DNA from: Candidatus Heimdallarchaeota archaeon | GTDB taxonomy: Archaea; Asgardarchaeota; Heimdallarchaeia; Heimdallarchaeales; Heimdallarchaeaceae | Direction: 5' to 3' | DNA: 41,017 bases | Assembly (NCBI GenBank): GCA_021399395.1 | Contig: JAAFKJ010000162.1 | Location: 1-41,017 of the forward strand | Shown here: positions 8,825 through 19,400 of the stretch, one piece after another | How positions within the stretch are numbered: position 1 is the stretch's first letter | How the letters are laid out: each line of letters opens with the position of its first letter | Translations under genes and position numbers: made by a program | The notes under the pieces: generated by a model | What the model was told of the DNA's origin: nothing | Database searches by the model: none | What the model saw: only the letters and a program-made list of their open reading frames with translations

Positions 8825-11800
8825 CTAAAGATCTTCTTTTGGTTTTGTTCTTTGTAGAACTACAGAAGCTATAACAAATCCAACAGTAATTAAGAACATT
8901 GCACCAAATGCTCCACCAGTTCTGGAAGCATCTGCAGCTTTGATCTGGTTAAGGAACTCTTCTTTGATATCTTCATAGAATATTTCTGTTGCTTTATGAA
9001 CATCTTCTTGCCAGAAGAGAGTACCCATTTTACCAGTCAAACCTGGGAATGTTGTATGCCAAGTTGGATAGAAGTGGAAAGGTTCTAAATCTGTTTTTGG
9101 ATTAAAAAACTCTTCATTTAATCCAAATTTGAAAGGATCAAGATAATCGTAGAATTCTAGATAATCTGTTGCAAACGTATTATATTGTACTCTATCTCGT
9201 CTCTCAACTACAGATCCAGTTACCGGTTCAACAAACATCTCGTGCATATGGAATTGATCTCTTGGTTGTCCTGGGAAGGAGAGAGTTATGAAAAAGTCAT
9301 CAACATTAAAATCAAAAGTGTATTCTTGATTCCACATTCCTGCATAGATGTAGCTGGAATTTATGAAGTTTGCATCATGCATCCAATATAGTTCATATTC
9401 TTCCATTTGACGATAAGGAATTTGATATTCTGCTTTGTAGTAATATACAATTTCATCAAAGAAAAGTGCAGTATCTGTTTCAGATGTGTAAGAGAAAGGT
9501 CTCAAAAATGTATCTGACCATTGTAATCTCAGCCCTTTTTCAATACCTGGATATGTGGAGTATGAGGAATATGTTTTATTGAAAGCTATTCTCTCAATCT
9601 GAGCTGTTGGCCCAAGATCCCAACCACCAAACTGAACTTTACTGTTTCTATTCCATTGTTCAGAGAATGTGTGAAGTTGGTCATTGGTCATGTAAATGAT
9701 ATTTGATCCTTGTTTTGTTAAATGCACTAATCCTTCTGTATAATCTGCTAAGTAGATATCATTGCCAATTGCATATACACCGAGTGCTGTACCTTTATGT
9801 TCAATACCTGAAAAAGTAGAATCTTCTACAGGACTGGATTTAGTGCTGATATCTACAACAACTAAACCATCCTCTCCAAGTGTAAGATACACCAAATTAT
9901 TATCAATATCTACATGCATATCGATGAAAGGTGTTCCTGGAGGAAAGGCATATTGTCCGACTAAAGAGTCTATTACTCCAGCTACAATTCCTAACTGGAA
10001 TATCAACAATCCTTCAACTTCATCCAAAACATACAGATTGTATTCTTCTACTTGGACATCTATAACATTAGTAAGTTCTGGGAAGTCCAATGAATTATAA
10101 TGATTTGCTAGAGTTATGATATCGGATCCTACAGCATCGATGGTAAAGGTGTTGATTCCATCAGGTCCTAAAGCTGCGTAAGCTGCATATGAGGTTTCAT
10201 TGGTTACATCAATTGCATAAACTGTCCCATCAGCTGATTCTGCCCAGATATTGTCTGATGGTAAACCTGTTGCAGAATCGATTTCTATAATATCTACTCC
10301 GTATATTCCATTGGCTAAAATTAGTGAAGCATTTGCACCATTTTCTGCAAAATAAACAGTATCTACATCATACATATCGTCGAACCCATAATAACTCCAT
10401 TGACTGCGTTCTTCTAAATACATTGGATTTCTAGCATCAATTATCTCCATTCCATTGGTACCTTCAACCACATAGATATAACCATTACAAACATCAAATG
10501 ATTCGATTATTCCATTGTGATCTCCATATTGACCAACTGCTAGGAAGAGAGGACTGTCGTTTTGAACTATTTTTATTTCGTTACCTTCTAGAACGTATGA
10601 GTAGTTACCTAAAACTACAACATCACTTGATTCTTCATATTCGTAGTATGGTAAATTAGCAATACCAATTATTTCGTGAGTGTCTTTGTAGTCATTTACA
10701 CCGAGTTTCTCTGCATAGTAAATATCTGTGTTCCAATTAATACTAGCACTTGTAAGAGTTTCATTCTTAACTAGTGGGAAGCTTTCTCCTAAGAGTGGGT
10801 CTTCAATTCCTATAACCCATTCCATAGCAGTTCTGGGACAAACATATGAAATTTTATTGTCGTAAAGCCAGTCTAAACATGGTTCGTCCAAGAAGTAGTT
10901 CAAATAAGCAGCGAGTGACATTGCGGCTAGTCTTTCTGAATCTGTGTCTATACCATAGATGTCAGCTAGAAGCTGAACAGGATCAATTATGATATCTGCT
11001 GGGTCATAATATAATCCTCTAACTAAATCAAGGAAGTATTTCTGTGAGCCACTTTCTCCTGTTATTAGCGAGTAGTCATGGCCATTGTAAGTTGAGTTAA
11101 ATAATATCTTGTAACTTGTTGCTGCATCAAAGTCTAAATCTTTGTAAGCAGGACGTACGCTTATCCAATTGTGAGGAAGATAAATTCCTAAATCTACAAT
11201 TCCTTCTGATTCTGCATATACTCTGTTAAGAGTTGCAAAAGCTACATCGGCATCAGTCCATCCTTTGAGATTCTTAATTATTTCAAGTTCTGAATTTATA
11301 AGATAGGACGCGATATAAGCTTGGAACCCATATTCGGATCCATTTCCAAAGTTCTCAATGTAATAAGGCCACATATAATTGAAATTCAAAACAGTTTCAT
11401 TTCCAAATAAAGTTGAAGCTGATGAGTTAAATCTGTATTGTGTTCGTTCTGCATAGACTACATAATCTCCTTCAGGACTATCATCGTAATCAATGATTGT
11501 TTTATTGATTATTATATCAAAAACAAGTTCTCCTTGAACGAAGTAGTATGATACCGGCGTGTTATAGTCAAGATACCCTCTACGATCGGATACATTGAAG
11601 AATTCAAAGAAAGCTTGATCATAGACTTTTGAACCTTCATCAGACATATCGGTAAACATCCAAGGTGAAGGGGTTTCTCCTGTTCCTTCTCTAACGAAAT
11701 CATCCTCGACTGTTAATTGACCAAAGTCACGTAATCTCGAGTTGATGTCATCCATTTGTACAATAGAATTTTGGGGAAGAATAATACCAATGGCTAAACC

Positions 11801-11860
11801 TGAACCAATCATAACCACTAAAATTAAAGTACCTATTAAAACTCGAAGTCTTTTATCCAT
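8825..11860 (-). CDS. CD36/LIMP-2 (scavenger receptor class B)-like two-TM protein with LVIVD-repeat insertion
   Basis: N- and C-terminal TM helices. CD36-like motifs FEFFNVSD, RTAMEWVIGIEDPLL, HEMFVEPVTGSVVERRDRVQYN and LFWQE. Internal LVIVD-type repeats such as YLTLGEDGLVVVDISTKSSP. Confidence 0.7.
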   Translation of the reverse strand: MDKRLRVLIGTLILVVMIGSGLAIGIILPQNSIVQMDDINSRLRDFGQLTVEDDFVREGTGETPSPWMFTDMSDEGSKVYDQAFFEFFNVSDRRGYLDYNTPVSYYFVQGELVFDIIINKTIIDYDDSPEGDYVVYAERTQYRFNSSASTLFGNETVLNFNYMWPYYIENFGNGSEYGFQAYIASYLINSELEIIKNLKGWTDADVAFATLNRVYAESEGIVDLGIYLPHNWISVRPAYKDLDFDAATSYKILFNSTYNGHDYSLITGESGSQKYFLDLVRGLYYDPADIIIDPVQLLADIYGIDTDSERLAAMSLAAYLNYFLDEPCLDWLYDNKISYVCPRTAMEWVIGIEDPLLGESFPLVKNETLTSASINWNTDIYYAEKLGVNDYKDTHEIIGIANLPYYEYEESSDVVVLGNYSYVLEGNEIKIVQNDSPLFLAVGQYGDHNGIIESFDVCNGYIYVVEGTNGMEIIDARNPMYLEERSQWSYYGFDDMYDVDTVYFAENGANASLILANGIYGVDIIEIDSATGLPSDNIWAESADGTVYAIDVTNETSYAAYAALGPDGINTFTIDAVGSDIITLANHYNSLDFPELTNVIDVQVEEYNLYVLDEVEGLLIFQLGIVAGVIDSLVGQYAFPPGTPFIDMHVDIDNNLVYLTLGEDGLVVVDISTKSSPVEDSTFSGIEHKGTALGVYAIGNDIYLADYTEGLVHLTKQGSNIIYMTNDQLHTFSEQWNRNSKVQFGGWDLGPTAQIERIAFNKTYSSYSTYPGIEKGLRLQWSDTFLRPFSYTSETDTALFFDEIVYYYKAEYQIPYRQMEEYELYWMHDANFINSSYIYAGMWNQEYTFDFNVDDFFITLSFPGQPRDQFHMHEMFVEPVTGSVVERRDRVQYNTFATDYLEFYDYLDPFKFGLNEEFFNPKTDLEPFHFYPTWHTTFPGLTGKMGTLFWQEDVHKATEIFYEDIKEEFLNQIKAADASRTGGAFGAMFLITVGFVIASVVLQRTKPKEDL

Positions 11861-12013
11861 AGTAAATCCTCAATTTACTTTTAGTGTCTCGATTTAGGAT
11901 AGATATTTAAAGTTAATGACAACTACCTATCTTTAGAGACCCTTACTTAAGAGGAAGAAGGTAGAATATTAATATATTTTATGGTTCATCTTCAGAGTTT
12001 TTTTCACTCAATT

Positions 12014-13276
12014 TCATGCTTTGTTTTTTGTATCATCAATTATTTCCAATTCGAATTTTTCAGCACTCAAAACATGTTCAAACAGATTTTGTTTATTAAA
12101 AACTATTATTTTATGTTCCGAATCGTATAATACTGCTGCAATTTTATCTAATTTGGAATATCTATCTGTCAAAATTTTAGGTGTAGAAATATAACTAAAA
12201 ATACCTCTGACTATAGCACCATTGGTCCTTCTGTTCAAGATTGATAGGATGATATCTGAATTTCCATAATACTCTCTAATGTTTTGATAAGCGTCTGTTC
12301 TCAATCCCTCTGGTCCAGGTTGAATAACGACATATCCTCTGGTTGGGAGTTCCTTGCTTGCATAACTGGTTGATTTTCTACCGTGTTTGAAAAGGACTGA
12401 TAAATCTGGTTTGTTGTCATAAATATCTAAACTAAAAAGTTGGCATATACCCTTTGTATTCTCAAAGATTCTGGTGAAATTACTATGATCAGTTTGGTAG
12501 AATTCTGATTTCATTAAAGTTCCTATTAGAATATCAGCTACTACATTAGCTTCTCTTTGCAGAGTTAAATTTGGTAATTCTTCGTTAGAAACATTTGAGT
12601 TCAATTTGACAGAATATTTCTCATCTACCAATATAATAGGAACATCAAATTTAGTTTCCTTTTTCAGAAGATTATAAATAAATACAAGGGCTGAAAACTC
12701 CTCTAAAATTTTACTCTCATCTAATGGTAGATGTACGAACAATACTGGCTGAACCTTCATCTCCTTGATATATTCAATTACTTTTTCCATTAAACCAAGA
12801 ATAAATGGGTTATTATCGAGAAAGATAAATGCTGATGACCTGTTTTTGATCGTCTTATCGATATAAGATTTAATTCTATTCTCATTTTCTTGATACCATC
12901 TTTTTCCGAACAAGAAAGAATTAACTTCTCTATTCTCTTCTGGTAATTCGATGTTTGATATATCTGATATATTAGTCAAGTTGGAGCTGAATCCAAGGAT
13001 TACTGATGAAGGTAGTGAGTTCTTAAACCTATCTTGAAGACCGTTTAAAATTCTTTGACCATGATCACCTGTAAAAATTAAGCCTATAGGCGTATCGAGC
13101 TTATCAGCTTCTAAGTATAATGTATCTGAATATTCGCATCCAACTAATGGATTTTCTTCCGATTTACTGTTTGAAATTATACCTTTATGGTTAAATTCTA
13201 AGAAACCGTTGTATTTTTTTGGAGAGTCTTCTTCCTTATTTTTTCCTCGTTTAAGAATTGATTTCATCTTTGACAC
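12014..13276 (-). CDS. Degenerate tubulin/FtsZ-like protein lacking the GGGTG motif (paralog of 4789-5928)
   Basis: Colinear similarity to the 4789-5928 protein: IGLIFTGDHGQRI, PIILVDEK, TKGICQLFSLD, IVRGIFSYI. Confidence 0.6.
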   Translation of the reverse strand: MSKMKSILKRGKNKEEDSPKKYNGFLEFNHKGIISNSKSEENPLVGCEYSDTLYLEADKLDTPIGLIFTGDHGQRILNGLQDRFKNSLPSSVILGFSSNLTNISDISNIELPEENREVNSFLFGKRWYQENENRIKSYIDKTIKNRSSAFIFLDNNPFILGLMEKVIEYIKEMKVQPVLFVHLPLDESKILEEFSALVFIYNLLKKETKFDVPIILVDEKYSVKLNSNVSNEELPNLTLQREANVVADILIGTLMKSEFYQTDHSNFTRIFENTKGICQLFSLDIYDNKPDLSVLFKHGRKSTSYASKELPTRGYVVIQPGPEGLRTDAYQNIREYYGNSDIILSILNRRTNGAIVRGIFSYISTPKILTDRYSKLDKIAAVLYDSEHKIIVFNKQNLFEHVLSAEKFELEIIDDTKNKA

Positions 13277-13435
13277 CAGTGCCTAAATTAAGATGCTATT
13301 TAATGATTTTAAGATTTTTCTATAGCAGTTGCCGATAAAATCCAACTTTAAATATGCATATGGAGTAATATAGCTAAATTAAGCTTATTCCGACATTATT
13401 CTTACATATAATTTAGGGGTAAGATTTCAATCGAA

Positions 13436-13440
13436 GAGGT
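13436..13440 (+). promoter_or_regulatory. Shine-Dalgarno-like GAGGT upstream of the top6B GTG start
   Basis: gaggt lies 7 nt before GTG at 13448. The AT-rich divergent intergenic region has TTTAAAA/TATATAA boxes upstream. Confidence 0.5.
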
Positions 13441-13447
13441 AACAAAC

Positions 13448-16400
13448 GTGTCTGATAATTCTGTTACAAAAAAGATGTCTGCGGCAGCATTTTTCAATGA
13501 TAACCGAGCTATTGCTGGCTTTGGAAATTCCATGAGAGCTGTTTTTACTAGTATTAGAGAATTAGTTGAAAATGGTTTGGATGCTGCTGAAAGAAGAGGG
13601 ATAAACCCCGTTATAGAAGTCGATTTAAGAAAACTGTCCAGTAGAGAAATAAATGAGTTATTGGATGTTACACAGTACAAAAAATTAGAAAAGCATCTTG
13701 ATTTTCTTCAGCTTACTTGTAGAGATAATGGTACTGGTGTTCCTGGACATCAAATCGCAGACTTATTTGGACGAGTATTAACTGGTACAAAATATGGCGT
13801 TATTCAGACACGAGGACGTTTTGGTCTAGGTGCCAAAATGTGCTTATTATACTCTATGTCTTCTGTTGATTTACCCGCAAGAATCAAATCTCGTTATTTT
13901 ATGGATGATATAACAAATGAAATGCATTTAATGATAAATCTTGAAAAGAATGAACCAATTATCATGGAACAAAGAGAATATCTTCCTGGAGATCCCAATT
14001 ACCTAGACGAACCAGGTGTTGAAATCAGTATAACTTTTACTGGCGCTTGGAGTCTTGCTAAAAACAGTGTAAAAGAGTATTTCAGACAATTAGCAATAAT
14101 CACACCTTATTCTACTTTTAATCTCAAAATTCCCGCAGACAAAGAAGGTGAATATGATGAGCTGATTTATGAGAGTGTAGTAGATGACATGCCTGACCCT
14201 CCTGAATATGTTAAAATTCATCCTTGGGGATGTGATATCACACAGTTCAAAGCTGAATTAGGAGCTAATAAAAATAAGAAACTCAAAGGCTTTCTTGCTG
14301 ACCATTTTATGGGAGTAACTGAAGAAATCGCAGAAGATTTCTTCCAACTTCTAGAGATTGACCCTAATAAAAACCCTAAGGATCTTTCTTCAAAAGAAAT
14401 CAGAAGAATTGTACATGAAGGTTTTGTAAAGGCCTATCAAGAAGCTAAAGACATCAAAAGGAAACGGGATAGAGTCTTTCAATTTGATAGTCCGAAAGGT
14501 ACTTCTCTATCCCCATTAGGCGCTGGAAGATTGAGAAAAGGTTTAGAAAAAGAGCTCAATCCAAAATTCGTTGAAGCAATATCAAGACCTGCAAAAGCAT
14601 ATTCTGGTCACCCCTTTATCATTGAAGCAGCTTTAGGTTATGGAGGAGGAGTAAGCGAAGCTGCCCAAACTCGAGGCACTACCGTTCAAGATAACAAAAT
14701 TATTTATAGATACGCTAACCGTATCCCACTTGTTTTCGGTGCAGGAAATGACGTTATAACTCACGTTACTTCCTCTATTAGGTGGAATGAATACGGTCTT
14801 ACCCGCCAATCAGATCCCTTGGCAATTGCTGTTTCCTTGGTAAGCACAAAAATACCTTTTCCCGAAACTAGTAAAGAATATATCTCAATAGTTCCTGAGA
14901 TTGAAGAAGAGATAAGATTAGCACTGATGCAGCTAGGTAGAAGACTTAAAACCTTCCTTAGCAGAGCTAAAAGGAAACGAAGGGAACATGCACGTCTTTC
15001 TCGATTTGTTAAATCAGCTCCTGTCATCGTTGATAATTTAGCTCAAATTTTAGAGGATGAAAATCTTCCCTTAACTGATTTCAGATTTGAGAAAAACAGA
15101 ATAGCTTCTGCACTAGCTCATGGGACGTCGAAAAAGGCAAAACTATTCATGCCTCTGAGTAAAAGGTTATTTGGTTTAAATATCTGGTGTCCTACACCCA
15201 TCCAAAACACTTTGAAATCACGTGGAATTATCTCTATATCTGATTTTCTACTAACACCTACTGAGGACCTGGCTAAGATTCTTGAGATGTCACTTGTTCA
15301 GGTATATAACATCAAACTGAGAACTATCTATGAACTTGATAAAGAAGGATTAAGTCCTGGTTTAGATTCTAAGATTTTTGTTACTAGAGCAATTGAGAGA
15401 AGATTCGATACAAGTGAAAGCAAGCCTTTAATCTCTCTAAAAGATGCTTTAAACAGACGCTGGATTCAAAATAGTTATCACTTCCTAGCAACAGATTATA
15501 GAAAACTTCATTCTGTTTCCGGTTTTGTAGAGAAATTATTTGAGAGCAAGAAAGATGACCTAATAAATCAACTTTTACTAAAGAATAGAAAATCAGATGG
15601 GTCAATCAGAGCAAGTCCATCTTTGAGCGAAATCAACAAACTTACAGGTATCACTCAACTTAAGATAAAACATCTCTTCCCAACCTTCAAAGAATTAAAG
15701 CAGAAGTCTAGTGGCCATCTTTCAGCAGATATGTCAATTGAAGAATTCTTTTATCAGACTCTTCATCCTGGAGAAATAAACTACCAACAAGAAGTTACTG
15801 TTGTACTTGTTGAACATCTAAAATCTGTATTCACTGCACTTTCAAACAAGTTCCCTAACTTCAAGAACACAAGCTTAACCAAAATGAAACCAGATTGGAC
15901 TGATGGATATACAAAAAATGCTTTTCATAGAAGGAAAATAAAGATAGTTGACGATTTTATTACAGGAAATACTGATGACCTAATACTAATTAAAGAAATG
16001 GAGAGACTTCTCTATTCAACATATCTAAAAATGCTTGTTAAGGAATCACCCTCTTCCAAATTGTCAGATTTTGTAATATTTCCACTAAACGAAATGAAGC
16101 CAAAAGAAAGCGAGTTGATTAAGAATCTGATTGCAAAGGGTATCACCACTTTAGCTAAGTTAGTCTATTATACTGCAGACCAGGTAAATCAAACTAAAAT
16201 AAAACAATTAATACCTCTACTATTAGAAGAATCGAAAAGAAAATTAAAACAATCATTAATTGAAAAAGAACATGAACACAGTAGTTCTCATATCAAGATT
16301 ATTCCTGTAAATTTGGAAAAAGAGCTTCTCAAAAATCAAATTTTTAATGCATCAGCATTTCTTGCTTACTCATCTCCTGCTCTAAGAAAAATGGGTTTGA

Positions 16401-19400
16401 AGAAACGTGATGTTGAACGTATGAAGAAAGCACTTGGAACACCTATACCAAATTGGTTAGAACATCAAGAATTAATCAAGAAACTGGGTATAAATACACT
16501 TGAAGAGTTTTTCTTCAACTCTCCTGATGCATATTCTATGACTGCAGATGAGACAAAGAAATATCTAGATATGAGTGTTTTCTTACGTTCCCCAATTACC
16601 TTTAATTTCCCACATCTACGAAATATATCTCACTTAGTAAGAGAAGTTGGACTAAATTGTATTGGGAGATTTGCAATCTGGCCAAATAAAGAATTAGTAG
16701 AAATACTGGAAGTTTCAGAAAACAAGATAAAATCAATGAAAGAAAGTATTTCTATTGCAGATTATCAGACGAATAAAGAGAAGTATGGAATAGATTTCAA
16801 ACAGCTTAAAGGTATTTATCCAAAACTTGTAGAATATTTCGGAAATACAGAACCTACAATTCAAGATCTGTTTTATCTTTATCCCTCTGAAAAACTTCAT
16901 TTCACAAAAGGCTATTGGATTAAAATCGAAAATATAAGCGATCTTTCGCAAATGGAGATCATTGAGTTATCACATTTGTTTGACAAGAATCCCAAGCAAC
17001 TTCCAGCACTAAAAGAAGCACTACTAAGATTAAAAGCACGGAACACAGTCACAATTAAACAATTTTTAGATTTGATTCCTGAGATTATTGAATCAGAACT
17101 AACCAATATTCCTCAAAGAAATGCAGCTCTTGAACTGCATAGAATGTTAAAGACCAGAAAAATAGAAGAAGAAGACGAATTTAGCAAACAAATTCTACTA
17201 ATATGTGAGTTTGATGATTTTCAAAGCGCTCTTGCACTACCCATATCAAGAGTTTCAAAGTTATCCCTTTCAGATTATGAAACCCTAAGGAGTAAGGGCA
17301 TAATTGCAGTTCATCAGCTGTTTGAATACCTTCCAAAGGAGATAGCTACAATTCTAGAAAAAGAAGAACAAGAAATGATTAATCTCTTGAATGATTTCCA
17401 ACTTGAACAACAAGGAACAAACTTCTTTGAGAAAATAGACAGAAATAGGTTTAAATCATTAGTATCTTTTGACTTTGAAGAGTCTGAAAGATTCTCCTCT
17501 CATGAAATTCTATCTTTAGTCCTTGCTGGTTATAATACTGTTGACAAAATCTTCTATCTCGCACAACCAATGATTTTCTCAGCCCCTCTAGTAAATTGGA
17601 ATGTTGTTGATAAATTCAGAAAGTTACTGAGATCACCTTTAACGTTAGTTACTTGGGAGAAAAAGGTAAAGAAGACCATACAAATTGAAGGAGAAGAAGG
17701 AACAAAAACAGTTGAAGAAGATCAAATAACAACTCTCTCAACTGAACAGTTAAGCACACTGCAAAATAACGGTATAACTAGAATAATTGATCTGCTTGTA
17801 AGTCAAGCTGAGAATATTTCTTCCTATCTCGGAATTGGTTTGGATGAAGCAAGGAGCTTCCAGAAGAACATTAGAATTAGTGATACAGGAACTGATATTT
17901 CTGAACTTGACTTATTCAAGACTGAGGTTGTTAAGGCGCTTGAACTATCCAATATTTACACTTTAGAAGATCTTTATTTCTCATCCACTGAAAATAAATG
18001 GGACCATACAATATTACCATGGAGAACAGTGGAGGCATTCAAACAAGTTCTGAATTTACCTCTAAATCACATATCTGATATGCTTGATGCTGAGTTAATT
18101 ACAGCTTTACAAGAAGTAAATGTTCTGACACTTCTTGGATTTATGCTCAGTTCCCCAGAAAGTCTGATGGAAAGGACTGGTATTCCTGATGAACGAATAG
18201 AAAACATAAAACGAGGTCTAGATTTATCAGATATTCTAAGTTATTTCTCTCTACCAAGTTACTTCCTACCCAATCTTACGTTCGAACAAACAGAAATACT
18301 AAGAGATAACAAAATCCAAACAATTGCGGATTTCATATTGAGTTCAAATCAAAAACTTACCAAATTACTCTCGATTCCATCAAAACAATTAGATGAAATA
18401 AAGGCATCCTTAACAGCTCAGAAAATAGTTGAAGTATATGAAGATAAAGGCATATTTGCATTTGAAACAAAGTTATTTGATAAAATGGAACAAAAACAAC
18501 TGAGTAGAGATTCTATCTTCCAATTTGAGAGATTTCAAACAATTCAAGAGTTGTTCTATGAAAGTGATCCTGCATTTTATCAACTAAACCCTGAATTATG
18601 GCCAAAAATATCTGCAGTTCAAAAAATACTAGCTCTTCCACTAAGAATCTTTACAGAGATTTCAGAATATTCTCTGGATGTTTGGGAGCAAAATAATATC
18701 AAGAATGTCTTTCAGTTACTATTCATTCCTGATGAAGATATCACAGATCCTTTACTATATAGATCGGTTTCTTCTAATTCTTCAAAAATGTTAGAAATGA
18801 GATCTTTCCATTTCTTCTCAAAATTACCTTCATCTGTCTATAATAGTTCTTTCTTTGAAAATATTGTTCAAGATTTCGAAAATAAGACATTATCAGATGT
18901 CATAACTGATCCTAAAGTTATATCTCATCTCCTTTCCAAGGATAAACGCTATCAAGCAGAGAATTATAATCTCACGCTAATAAGATCTCTTTTGGAATTA
19001 CCTCTCAGAATCACTCCATTCTTCACACGAATCAAGAAAATTCAGCGCGAAGAGTATACCAATACTAAGATAGGTGACGTGTTTGACATTGATTTAACAG
19101 AACATTCTGGTTTATCTCCCTTCTATAAGAAACTCATGGAAGTTGATTCTTTCAATAGTTTAGTAAAAGACGTTGCAGTACCAATTTCATCTATCGGTCT
19201 TCCTCGAGAAATGGCTCTCAAATTGAGCAAATCATCTGTTAACACATTGATCGATTTCTTCTCTGTACCTGCTCAAGTTCTTTCAGAAATTACTGGATTA
19301 TCCATGAGATATATCAGAGAGATACGAAATAGTCTAAACTACCAGCTGATAGTATCCTTTAGAGCAGAGAAATCACACAAGGTTCTTGAATCTTCAATTA

